Virus record (IMG/VR): IMGVR_UViG_3300025536_000039
Coordinates: 1-24,439 of that record
Length of the DNA stretch: 24,439 nt
Strand: one strand, 5' to 3'
DNA from: a virus
Lineage: Duplodnaviria; Caudoviricetes
The position numbers were made by a program, and so were the translations under genes. Shown in pieces: positions 1 to 7,996 of the stretch; positions within the stretch are counted from its first letter, which is position 1, and the number at the start of each line of letters is the position of its first letter. The notes beneath the pieces were generated by a model that saw only the letters and a list, made by a program, of their open reading frames with translations, was not told where the DNA came from and did not search any database.

Positions 1-1044
1 AGCGCCCACCGTGGCCACGGCAATCAAAGGATGGCTGGCGAGCAGCAGCATGGCGGTCCTCACGCCCATAATAGCATTGGCCACATTGCCAATTCTGGCC
101 ACCAGGGACGCAGCAAACAACCCCGCCATACCGGCGGCCAGACCGCCGGCCACCGTGACCATTTCCTTCATGTGCCCAGATAGTCCGCTGATGGCGCCGG
201 CAAGGCTCTTGCTGACGCCTTGCGCCTGATCGACCTTGCCAACATACAGCTCAAACTGGTTGGCCATTTCCTGCACGGAACCGCCGACGGTTTTGGGCAT
301 GGCGGCGGCCTCTGCCTTCATGTGTTCATAACCCTGGAGGATGGCTGCAAATACTTGCTGGCTGCTGATTTTGCCTTCTGACATGTCCTTTTTCAGCCGG
401 CCCATGTCGGTGCCCAGGCCTTTCAATACCACCCGCACCAGCTTGATATTGGTGTCTGTCAGTTGCCCAAAGTCTTCCCATTGCGCCGTCCCGGAGGACA
501 ACACCTGTGATAACTGGGTGATGGTGGAGCTCGTTTCAGCTATCGACGCCCCGGAGGCTTTCAGGGAGTTTACAACAGCCTCGGTTACTTTTAGCTGATT
601 TTCCTGGCCACCGGCATACTCGCGACTGGATTCGGCCAGCCGGGTGTACAGTCTGGCCACATCCCGCAAGGGGGCCTGCGCGGCGGTGGCTATCTGATTG
701 ATGCGGGTTTGCGCGGTAGCAAATTCATACGCGGATTGGGTAACCAGGTTCAATCGCGCCGTCATCAGGCTATATTGATCAGCGGTGTTAGTCAGCGCTT
801 GCAAGCTGCGTAAACTATACTGCGCCGCAAAGAATTGCTCAGCCAAACGGCGGGCGCTGGACAGCTGTTTGCTGATAGACTCCAGGCCCTGGCGGGTTTT
901 TGAATAACTGCGCTCGCTTTCGTCGCCGTGTTTTTGGGTCGCTGCCGTGATTTTTTCCAAATCACTGGTCACGATTTTAAGCTTGCCGTCGGCGTCTTTG
1001 CCGTCTATCTTTATCTTTATGCCTAACTCAATATCCTGACCCAT
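1..1044 (-). CDS. Tail tape measure protein, N-terminal part (runs off the left edge)
   Basis: Not in the ORF track because it has no stop in the window. Manual translation from ATG 1044: MGQDIELGIKIKIDGKDADGKLK...ADQYSLMTARLNLVT...LYTRLA...LKASGAS...ITQLSQVLSSG...EDFGQL, a typical tape-measure domain. It follows the tail chaperones, and an in-frame TGA lies just upstream of the ATG. Confidence 0.9.
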   Translation of the reverse strand, partial: MGQDIELGIKIKIDGKDADGKLKIVTSDLEKITAATQKHGDESERSYSKTRQGLESISKQLSSARRLAEQFFAAQYSLRSLQALTNTADQYSLMTARLNLVTQSAYEFATAQTRINQIATAAQAPLRDVARLYTRLAESSREYAGGQENQLKVTEAVVNSLKASGASIAETSSTITQLSQVLSSGTAQWEDFGQLTDTNIKLVRVVLKGLGTDMGRLKKDMSEGKISSQQVFAAILQGYEHMKAEAAAMPKTVGGSVQEMANQFELYVGKVDQAQGVSKSLAGAISGLSGHMKEMVTVAGGLAAGMAGLFAASLVARIGNVANAIMGVRTAMLLLASHPLIAVATVGA

Positions 1045-1189
1045 GGCTCACTTCACCGTTACTGTGCTATTGATGCTGGTTATCGGCCTGACCATCATGC
1101 TGGCCATGGCCGGCCATTATTGGCTGTTATGGATCATGCTGGCCGGCGCGCTGGCGCAGATCGGCGACCAGGTGTTTTTCAAAAGGTAA
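1043..1189 (+). CDS. 48-aa hydrophobic membrane protein (two predicted TM segments)
   Basis: MAHFTVTVLLMLVIGLTIMLAMAGHYWLLWIMLAGALAQIGDQVFFKR*. Its ATG overlaps the tape measure start codon within CCATGG. Too short for the ORF track. Confidence 0.6.
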   Translation: MAHFTVTVLLMLVIGLTIMLAMAGHYWLLWIMLAGALAQIGDQVFFKR

Positions 1190-1201
1190 CTATTCAGTCC
1201 G

Positions 1202-1283
1202 CGTAGCTCCGATTAGCGAAGCGTAATCGGAGGAAAGAAAGTCAAACATGCGTCCGATTACGCTATCGCTAATCGGACCTACG
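1202..1283. repeat. REP doublet (REPIN), family A
   Basis: CGTAGCTCCGATTAGCGAAGCGTAATCGGA ... TCCGATTACGCTATCGCTAATCGGACCTACG: two inverted GTAG-headed imperfect palindromes. Confidence 0.85.
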
Positions 1284-1351
1284 AGCTCCATCAGGAGAGA
1301 GCAAGCTTTCCCCCTTTTCTGATTCGCTGAATAGTGACTTCAAACGCGATA

Positions 1352-1720
1352 TTAATTCGGCTGGTGTTTTTTTCGGGCTTCAGCAAATACCGCCAAGGCC
1401 GCCGATTCCATCACTTGCACATCCGCCCATAACGCGCGGCGGTCTTTCAGCCGCTGGATGCGCATGACCACCTCCAGCGCCGCATAATCCAGCCCAAACA
1501 CTTCGCCCATGCCGCCGATGCGCCACTGGCTGGATAGCGAAACGAACAACATCACCGCCGCCCAGTTTTCCGGGTAGACCACGAACCATGCAGGGGGCGG
1601 CGTTTCTGCCGCCTCCTCGACCACCGGTAAATCAATGCCCAGCGCGGCAAAATCAGCGTTTAAATCGGTGGTTTCCGCCGCCTGGCCGCCGCGCGCCCAC
1701 CATTGCGCGGCCGCTATCAG
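1352..1720 (-). CDS. Tail assembly chaperone, frameshift-extended part (gpT-like, DUF1799-like)
   Basis: The frame is open from the slippery site (LIAAAQWWARGG...) through the track ORF 1352..1624 (VYPENWAAVMLF...QWRIGGMG..GLDYAAL...VQVMESAAL). Confidence 0.85.
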   Translation of the reverse strand: MIAAAQWWARGGQAAETTDLNADFAALGIDLPVVEEAAETPPPAWFVVYPENWAAVMLFVSLSSQWRIGGMGEVFGLDYAALEVVMRIQRLKDRRALWADVQVMESAALAVFAEARKKHQPN

Positions 1721-2064
1721 TTTTTTCGTTTGGCACCGCCCGAAATGGACTCGAACCAGGCACTGATGACACTGGGCCGCACCGGGTAAATGTCCAGCAG
1801 CTTATCGCGCAGGGCCGGGCTAAACTCGATTGGCTCGCCGGCGGCGTCGGTCACCTCGTCCCAGCCGATCAGCAGCGTGGTGGCCAGGTCGTTGTCGTCG
1901 ATCTCTTTGGCGGTCGATTGGGCAATCAGCGCGTCAAGCTCGGTTTGGCTCAAGCGCGGGAAGTGCGCCTTGAAGGTTTTGGGTTTTACCTTGCCCTTTT
2001 CGTCGACAAACTCGACGGTGACGGGGTAGGCGATATGGTCGGACTGGGTGGCGAGTTGGAACAT
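1717..2064 (-). CDS. Tail assembly chaperone (gpG-like)
   Basis: MFQLATQSD...FKAHFPRL...LLIGWDEV...GGAKRKN*; lies between tube and tape measure. Alternative start at 2070. Confidence 0.85.
   Translation of the reverse strand: MFQLATQSDHIAYPVTVEFVDEKGKVKPKTFKAHFPRLSQTELDALIAQSTAKEIDDNDLATTLLIGWDEVTDAAGEPIEFSPALRDKLLDIYPVRPSVISAWFESISGGAKRKN
1720..1726 (-). other. -1 programmed ribosomal frameshift heptamer A AAA AAC
   Basis: CGA AAA AAC TGA at the end of the gpG-like gene; a -1 slip enters the downstream chaperone frame with no intervening stop. Confidence 0.85.
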
Positions 2065-2083
2065 GGTCATCCTGTGATTTATT

Positions 2084-2220
2084 TTACTGTGAAAGCTGGG
2101 CAACTTGTAGGAGCCGGGCAACTGTGGGAGCGACGCCTACGTCGCGAATGACGGCCTTCGTCGCGACGTGGGCGTCGCTCCCACAGGCGTCGCTCCCACA
2201 GTTGCCGTCGCTCCCACAGG
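2084..2220. repeat. REPIN family B with partial arm duplications
   Basis: GGCAACTGTGGGAGCGACGCC...GGCGTCGCTCCCACAGTTGCC hairpin plus extra (GGC)GTCGCTCCCACA copies; shares the leader TTACTGTGAAAGCYGGGCAACT with the copy at 3428. Confidence 0.85.
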
Positions 2221-2222
2221 CT

Positions 2223-2882
2223 TTAGCTGGCGTAGGCTTTTTGGCCGCCATTGGCGGTGATGGACAGCTTGGTATTGACCATGCCGCCAGTCGAGCCGCC
2301 GGGGATCAACGTCGCACCAATGGTGCCGGCAAATACCACGCGCTGGCCGTTGCGGAAGGCGATCATGAAGGCCCGGGTGTCCTGGGTGTCCGAGGCTGCG
2401 TTGGCGGCGATCAGGCCGGCGTCGGCCACGTCCCACGCCGATTCCAGCGCGTATTCGATGGCCGAGGCCATGCCCGGTACGGAGCTTTTGACCGTGTCGG
2501 CCAATAGTGTGGTGTCAATTTTGTCAAACTCGCCGCCGGAGGCCGACACCGTGGTGGTGGCGCTCAAGGTGACCGGAAAGGTACCGGTGGCCGAGACCAG
2601 CTGCCAGGTGCCCGAGGTAAAGGTGCCGTAGCTGCTGGAATCCACGCCTTCCAGCGTGAACGAGGTATTGGCCACCACGGCCGATACCCTGAACACCCGG
2701 CCGTTGACCTGGCTCATGCCCTGCGCGGTCAGCAGCACGTACGAGCCTATGGCAATGCCGGTCGTGGAGGCGGTCAGCACCACGCAGGCGGCGGCCTTGT
2801 TGATGCTGGTGACTGCAACAGGAGCGGGCAGCGTGTTGGACATGCCGACAGTAACGCCGGTCCAGGTAGTGATATTGGCCAT
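2223..2882 (-). CDS. Major tail tube protein (non-contractile)
   Basis: GAGG SD then ATG at 2882; MANITTWTGVTVGMS..., SGGEFDKIDTTLL, FMIAFRNG; position before the chaperones; no sheath gene nearby. Confidence 0.85.
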   Translation of the reverse strand: MANITTWTGVTVGMSNTLPAPVAVTSINKAAACVVLTASTTGIAIGSYVLLTAQGMSQVNGRVFRVSAVVANTSFTLEGVDSSSYGTFTSGTWQLVSATGTFPVTLSATTTVSASGGEFDKIDTTLLADTVKSSVPGMASAIEYALESAWDVADAGLIAANAASDTQDTRAFMIAFRNGQRVVFAGTIGATLIPGGSTGGMVNTKLSITANGGQKAYAS

Positions 2883-2892
2883 GGTAAATTCC

Positions 2893-3315
2893 TCAGTATT
2901 GGAGATAAGTGGGGGTGGTAAACGTGTCTTTCCAGACATGAAAGCCGCCGACGAAGGACACGAGCGCGCCGCCGGCGTAAGTCAAGGCCGCAAAATCGGC
3001 ATGCGGCTGCCAGTTCAGCAGCGCCGCCTGCACGGCGGTTTGCAGCACGAAGCTGGTATCCGCCGCATCACCGCCCCGGCTATCCTTGACGTTTTTGACG
3101 ACGATGATGACGGCGATCTGCTGGGTCACGGCCTGGATCAAGCCAACGGCTGACTCGTTATCGCCCGCCCGCTGCTGCTGCTGGAACACATAAGCACCCG
3201 GATCGGCCAGCCGGCCGGCCAGGATGCTGGCCAGATCGCTGGCGCCGGCCACCTCCTTGAAGGCGGCCACCTGGCTGCGAATGCGCTGCTGAATGAGGGG
3301 GCGAATGTTGATCAT
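2893..3315 (-). CDS. Tail terminator/completion protein (Mu gp37-like)
   Basis: 140 aa with VQAALLNWQP and C-terminal WKDTFTT; lies between the gp36-like gene and the tail tube. Confidence 0.7.
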   Translation of the reverse strand: MINIRPLIQQRIRSQVAAFKEVAGASDLASILAGRLADPGAYVFQQQQRAGDNESAVGLIQAVTQQIAVIIVVKNVKDSRGGDAADTSFVLQTAVQAALLNWQPHADFAALTYAGGALVSFVGGFHVWKDTFTTPTYLQY

Positions 3316-3321
3316 GGCTGT

Positions 3322-3366
3322 AGTTTATGCACTTGCCTGGGCTATGGAATGTGAAGTGCTTCGGGT
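3322..3366 (-). promoter_or_regulatory. Late promoter for the tail operon: 21-bp activator box plus -10 TAAACT
   Basis: ACCCGAAGCACTTCACATTCC-N18-TAAACT-N6-ATG; an identical 21-mer lies at 9084-9104. Confidence 0.75.
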
Positions 3367-3427
3367 GTTTAAGTAATTAAGCATAAGTTTTCAAGTATAA
3401 CGATGCAGGATTAGCCTCTTTCTTGAC

Positions 3428-3526
3428 TTACTGTGAAAGCCGGGCAACTGTGGGAGCGACGCCTACGTCGCGAATGACGGCCTTCGGTCGCGACGTAGGC
3501 GTCGCTCCCACAGACATTAGCTTTCA
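3428..3526. repeat. REPIN family B
   Basis: CTGTGGGAGCGACGCCTACGTCGCGA-ATGACGGCCTTCGG-TCGCGACGTAGGCGTCGCTCCCACAG, with outer TGAAAGC/GCTTTCA pairing. Confidence 0.85.
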
Positions 3527-3597
3527 TGTTCCGGGGTGATGCACTGCCTTCATGATCGTTAGAAGAAACACCCGAAAATTTTAGCTTAGTTACTTAC

Positions 3598-4005
3598 TTA
3601 CCAGTTGTCTGCCGCAAACCGGGGCGCATGGCTGGCAATCTGCGGCGCGGCGCTGTCGGGCTGCGTGGCTCCCAGCACATCGGGCCCTAGTGTGATCTGG
3701 CCTTTGGCCACGGCCATCAGGTATTTTATGGCGGTATCGTAGCGGGTGGTAACCGGCTCTATGGCCTGATCGTCGTGCAAATAGTAGCGGGCAATGTCGC
3801 AGGCCAGGCGCGTCAGATTGGCGGGCACTACGGCCAAGGGCAGCGGGTAGGCCGTCAAATAGGCATTGATGTCGGCGTCGGCGTCGGCTATGGCCTGATC
3901 CAGCACGGCGTAATCGATGCTGCCGGTATTATCGCGGTCGGTGAGCTGGATCAGCTCTGCCTCGCTGAAGCGGTCTATCAGGTGTTGAACCGTGCAATAA
4001 CTCAT
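3598..4005 (-). CDS. Head-tail connector (Mu gp36 / DUF1320-like)
   Basis: MSYCT..LIDRF...ELIQLTD, AIADADADINAYL..YPLPL, CDIARYYL, RYDTAIKYL..VAKG motifs. Confidence 0.9.
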   Translation of the reverse strand: MSYCTVQHLIDRFSEAELIQLTDRDNTGSIDYAVLDQAIADADADINAYLTAYPLPLAVVPANLTRLACDIARYYLHDDQAIEPVTTRYDTAIKYLMAVAKGQITLGPDVLGATQPDSAAPQIASHAPRFAADNW

Positions 4006-4313
4006 AAAATCGTCATCTCCAGATCATCATCCCAGGCCAGGCCGCCTGGGTGATTGACATCGTGCGTGACCAGGCGACCGCGGTAGCGGCCCGTGATCAA
4101 ATCGCCCCGGCCCAGCCTGACTACCAGCTTGGCCGGGTCGGCAAAATCCCAGGCGGCGGGATAAATGGCCGAATCCAGCGCCAGGGCACTGCCGACCAAC
4201 ACCAGCCGGGCGCGGGTTATCAGGCTGTGGTCAATGGCTACCGTATCGATGCTCAAGATAAAATCCGATTCGGTATCGGTGCCCGAGACGCCGATTAATT
4301 TCAACTTTGCCAT
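4002..4313 (-). CDS. 103-aa beta-rich hypothetical virion protein (possible adaptor)
   Basis: AGGA SD then ATG at 4313 (MAKLKLIGVSG...); overlaps both neighbouring genes. Confidence 0.65.
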   Translation of the reverse strand: MAKLKLIGVSGTDTESDFILSIDTVAIDHSLITRARLVLVGSALALDSAIYPAAWDFADPAKLVVRLGRGDLITGRYRGRLVTHDVNHPGGLAWDDDLEMTIL

Positions 4314-5701
4314 AATGCCGTCCTGGCCGGGGTGGTGTGGGTCAGGCCGCGCGCCACGGGGGTTGTGGTAGCGCTGCGGGTGATGTCGATGGGCTGGGCG
4401 TGCCGGGCCGGGGTGGCGTCCGTCACGGCCAGCGATACGCCGTCGACCAGCCCTTGGGCCGGAAACGGCCGATACAGCGGATCGCCCCAGGCGGTCATAG
4501 CCCAACTGGCCGGCGAGACCAACCAGTTGATTTCGCCTAAGCTGTAGCCGCGCAAGGCGGCCGCAATCACCGAGCCGTCATCCGGCATGCCAATATTATA
4601 CGGCTCCATGGCCGGGCCTATGCCGGCCGCGCCGCCGCGATTGATGAGATTGGCCACGAAGCGGTTGCCGTTGGATGTCCAGTTGAAGGCCCAGGCGCCG
4701 CGTTTGGGTTGCAAGCTGTTGGCGTAGGCGTCGCCAACCGGCAGGTTGCGGATGATGCTGCCCAGGTAGGCATCGGCGGCCACCGGCGCGGTACCGGCCT
4801 TGAAGGCCTGCCAGTCCACATCATGCGCCTGGCCAAACCAGGCCGATTCGGTGGCATTGATGCCGGTATTGGTTTCGTGGGCGTACCGGCATTGGTGGCC
4901 GGCAGCCTGCATCATTTGCCAGGCGTACCATTGCCAGGGGTGTTTGCCGTTGCCGCTGTAGTCGGCAATCATGGCAAAATAATCGACGCTGCGCCGGCCT
5001 TGGGCCTCGGCCCACAGGCAATCGTCTATCATGCGGACCGTGGCAGGGTAGGTTTCAGCCGCCGCGCCGTCGTAGGCCGGGAAGCCAATGCGCCCCCAGG
5101 GGATGATCGCCCCGCCTTGGCGCAGCCACCAGGGGTCGAAGGTCATGGCCACCGGGTAGCCGTTGCCGTTGGGGGTTACCGGGGTTGCACCGGTCAGGGC
5201 TGTGCTGCTGGCCGTGGTATAGGACGTGCCCACGCTGTTTTTGGCGGGATCGTGCCCGGCCAAGACCGTCTGCAAGTCCCGGCCATACGCAGCAGCCCCC
5301 AGCCCGCCCAACGCCTGCCAGTAGCGGGCGGCGCCCAACATGGCGTCGGTGGATATGCCGTAGGGGTTGCCGCTATTAAAGCCTGGATTGGTGTTGCCGT
5401 CGTTGAATTTGGCCGGCACGCCCGCCGAGCAGATCACGGCCTGGATGCCGTGGGCGGCGATGTAATCCGCCACGGGGACGATGATGTCAGCGTAGCGATT
5501 GGCGGCAGCTATATTGTTGGCCGGGTTGGCGCCCAGCGCGAAGCTCAGCCGGTGACTGCCCAGCCCGCGGGCGGCCTGGTAATAATCGGCCACCGCCGCC
5601 GAGATGCCGCTGTCGCTATTGACGATCAGCAGCACCTGGGCGGGGTCTATGCGCTGGTCGGCGCTGACCGGCGGCGCCAGGTAGTCGCCGATGACCGCCA
5701 T
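4301..5701 (-). CDS. TIGR03790-like protein, 466 aa, no signal peptide
   Basis: Start by TGATG coupling at 5701. N-terminal VLLIVNSDS..S..VADYYQAARG, central WGRI, C-terminal GAAGIG...EPY...P...RGYSLGE...SWAMTAWGDPLYRPF match the TIGR03790 pattern as I recall it. Confidence 0.7.
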   Translation of the reverse strand: MAVIGDYLAPPVSADQRIDPAQVLLIVNSDSGISAAVADYYQAARGLGSHRLSFALGANPANNIAAANRYADIIVPVADYIAAHGIQAVICSAGVPAKFNDGNTNPGFNSGNPYGISTDAMLGAARYWQALGGLGAAAYGRDLQTVLAGHDPAKNSVGTSYTTASSTALTGATPVTPNGNGYPVAMTFDPWWLRQGGAIIPWGRIGFPAYDGAAAETYPATVRMIDDCLWAEAQGRRSVDYFAMIADYSGNGKHPWQWYAWQMMQAAGHQCRYAHETNTGINATESAWFGQAHDVDWQAFKAGTAPVAADAYLGSIIRNLPVGDAYANSLQPKRGAWAFNWTSNGNRFVANLINRGGAAGIGPAMEPYNIGMPDDGSVIAAALRGYSLGEINWLVSPASWAMTAWGDPLYRPFPAQGLVDGVSLAVTDATPARHAQPIDITRSATTTPVARGLTHTTPARTALWQS

Positions 5702-6372
5702 CAATCGGCCCAGGCGCTGAGCTTGGTCAGCGGGTTGGCGCCATAGGCGGCCACCAGGGCATTCACATTGGCAGGCAGCGGCGCGTTCACGAACTGCATG
5801 ACCTGTATATCCCGGAGGTTTAGCGGCAGCGTCATCGAGTCGTTGGTGACCTGCAGCAGGCTGAAGGCCGGGGATACGGCATGATTGACGGCGGCCCCGG
5901 CGGCCGACTGGCTGCCGTTGACCCAACCCCACAGCCGATTAGTGACGGCATCATACGCCAGCACCACGGCCACATCGGCGGGGCCGACGGCGGGTAGCAG
6001 CGGCGCGCCGGCCAGCATGAAAACGCTGTTCAGCGCGGCTTCCAGCGAGCCTTGCGGTACGAGGTAGGCGATCAGCTCGACGCCGCTGCCGCTGATCGTC
6101 ACACTATGGTTCGCGCCTACCTCATTTTGCACCAGGCGGAAGGCCATCAGCAGGCTGCTGCCGGCCAGGTGGACGGTGGTGGGCGACAGCTCCATCCCAT
6201 CGAAACCCGGCGCCGCCACCAGATAGCCACCGGCTACCGTGCCGCTCCAGGGTTCGACCACGCTGCCTATGGCCGGGGTGGCGCTGTCTGTCAGCCAGAA
6301 CAGGTATTGGCCTTTGGTGGCTACTTTGCGTTTTGCCAGGCGCGCGGCGACTGAGCCGCGTGAGCCTTTCAT
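5701..6372 (-). CDS. Hypothetical virion protein, possible LamG/concanavalin-like lectin fold
   Basis: 223 aa, beta-rich; VVLAYDAVTNRLWGWVNG resembles the LamG strand motif; coupled to both neighbours. Confidence 0.6.
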   Translation of the reverse strand: MKGSRGSVAARLAKRKVATKGQYLFWLTDSATPAIGSVVEPWSGTVAGGYLVAAPGFDGMELSPTTVHLAGSSLLMAFRLVQNEVGANHSVTISGSGVELIAYLVPQGSLEAALNSVFMLAGAPLLPAVGPADVAVVLAYDAVTNRLWGWVNGSQSAAGAAVNHAVSPAFSLLQVTNDSMTLPLNLRDIQVMQFVNAPLPANVNALVAAYGANPLTKLSAWAD

Positions 6373-6617
6373 TATGCCGCCTCGGCCGGGTCTGCCGGCT
6401 GTTCTGCGGCGGCCTCGGCGGCTTTGGGTTTTTTGGGCGCTTTGGGCGCTGCCTCAGCCTCAGCCTCAGCCTCAGCCACCACCTCAACCGCGCGCCAGTC
6501 CAGCAGGCTGTCGAGTTGCGCGGCGTCAATGCCGACGCGGTCGGTGTCGATCACCTGGCCACGCGGGTACTGTTGGCCGTTGTGATGCAGGTCGGTCAGT
6601 AATTTAAGGGCGGGCAT
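6372..6617 (-). CDS. Small post-capsid protein with Ala/Glu/Lys-rich tail (Mu gp35 position)
   Basis: LHHNGQQYPRGQVI motif typical of small genes after the capsid gene; a (GCCTCA)4 repeat encodes the EAEAEAEA stretch. Confidence 0.75.
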   Translation of the reverse strand: MPALKLLTDLHHNGQQYPRGQVIDTDRVGIDAAQLDSLLDWRAVEVVAEAEAEAEAAPKAPKKPKAAEAAAEQPADPAEAA

Positions 6618-6635
6618 AATGGCTCCTGGCTGGGT

Positions 6636-7571
6636 TTAGGCGATGGCGGCCGACAATAGAAAGCCGAACTCCGGCGCGGGCACGACTTCCCGCACCGATT
6701 CGCCGGCCCGCACCCTGACGCCGCCAAACAGGCCGATATCCGGGTCTTGCAGGGTACCGGCCACGCGCTGGCCAAACTGGGCGGTAAAGCCCCAGCTATT
6801 GCCGCCTTGCGGGTCGATTTGATCGGCTGAGGATTGGTAGATGCCGGCGCAAAATTTGCCCCACAGCCGGGTTTGCACCATGGCCTGGCCTTTGTTGGCG
6901 CTGTTGAACCAGCCGTCGCCGACGATGATTTCGTCCACTTCCAGCAGCTGCGCCACTTGTTGCTGATTGACCTTGCCCGCTTGCGCGCCAGACCAGAAGG
7001 CGGCCTCGATGACCTTGGGGTGCATGCTGAGTTTGGTCCACACCGCGCGGCCCATGACAATCTTGTTTGGCCGCATAAAGGGCTTATCCAGCTCGACCAG
7101 CAGCGCATCGATGGGGTTGGAGCTGGCGTAGTCGGACCATTGGCTGGTGCCGGATAGCGTGGTGGCAAAGGCGTAGTTGCCCGCCGTGGTCATGATGCTG
7201 GACACGCGCTGTTCCCGGCGCAATTCCACCAGGCTCATCACGCGCTGGGTGGCCCGCATCAGTGCCGATTCGTGGGGGCTGTTCATGGCGTCGCGGTTGG
7301 GTACGCGCTCGTCCAGGCCTTGATCCTGGGTGGCCAGATAGACCGGGTCTTGTTGGCTGTTGGCCAGCTCGTTGACTTGTCCGGTGCGGCCGACAAAGGT
7401 TTCCACCGGGGTGATCCAGTCCGCCATGCGGTCTTTGGCGTAAATAAATTCTTGCGCGTCCACCGTCACGCGCGGCATGACGTGATCGGCGATAAAGGTT
7501 TTTTGGCGGTATTTGATCGCCACCGCACTGAGCGACGGCACGATAATCAGCGGTGAGTTTGCGTTGGCCAT
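6636..7571 (-). CDS. Major capsid protein
   Basis: 311 aa; FIADHVMPRV, LRREQRV, QWSDYASSNPI, RPNKIVMGRAVW..L..HP; follows the protease and cement genes. Confidence 0.9.
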   Translation of the reverse strand: MANANSPLIIVPSLSAVAIKYRQKTFIADHVMPRVTVDAQEFIYAKDRMADWITPVETFVGRTGQVNELANSQQDPVYLATQDQGLDERVPNRDAMNSPHESALMRATQRVMSLVELRREQRVSSIMTTAGNYAFATTLSGTSQWSDYASSNPIDALLVELDKPFMRPNKIVMGRAVWTKLSMHPKVIEAAFWSGAQAGKVNQQQVAQLLEVDEIIVGDGWFNSANKGQAMVQTRLWGKFCAGIYQSSADQIDPQGGNSWGFTAQFGQRVAGTLQDPDIGLFGGVRVRAGESVREVVPAPEFGFLLSAAIA

Positions 7572-7600
7572 GTCGATTCCTGATGATGATGATTAAATGG

Positions 7601-7993
7601 TTAGCCCTGCATCACAGATGGTGATAACAGCACGGGGATGATGTCGCCTGCGACGCCGGATTTCAGCGCCAGGCCGATGATCTGGTTATTGCTGCCGGCG
7701 GCCGGGGCGGCATTGACGCCCTGACCGCTGGCGTTAATGGTCAGGCGCTGCCCACGGGTGACCGTGCCGCCGAGTTTCAGTTCGGCAATGCCGGACACGG
7801 TGATGCTGCACAGCGAGCCATTGGTGACGTCGGCGGCGGTGTGGCCAATTTCGTTGATCACGCCTATCAGCAAATCACCCACCGCCGTGGCGGGCGAGAC
7901 GGTATTGTCATCCGCGCCAAATTTGACGACGGTATACGGCAGCATGGCCGCAGAGCCCAGAAAGGACTTGATCAACGCTTGATTTTTGTACAT
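7601..7993 (-). CDS. Capsid cement/decoration protein (DUF2190-like)
   Basis: 130 aa, Gly/Ala-rich; GIAELKLGGTVTRG, IIGLAL..GVAGDIIPVLL. Confidence 0.8.
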   Translation of the reverse strand: MYKNQALIKSFLGSAAMLPYTVVKFGADDNTVSPATAVGDLLIGVINEIGHTAADVTNGSLCSITVSGIAELKLGGTVTRGQRLTINASGQGVNAAPAAGSNNQIIGLALKSGVAGDIIPVLLSPSVMQG

Positions 7994-7996
7994 GGC

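Noticed and set aside
4709-5746. 345-aa plus-strand ORF and similar plus-strand ORFs across the structural genes
   Set aside because: Shadow frames of GC-rich minus-strand genes.
5702-5932. N-terminal extension of the TIGR03790-like ORF given in the track
   Set aside because: It overlaps the upstream gene; TGATG coupling supports a start at 5701.
6451-6474. (GCCTCA)4 as a phase-variation tract
   Set aside because: An in-frame hexamer in a low-complexity Glu-Ala linker; copy changes would not shift the frame.
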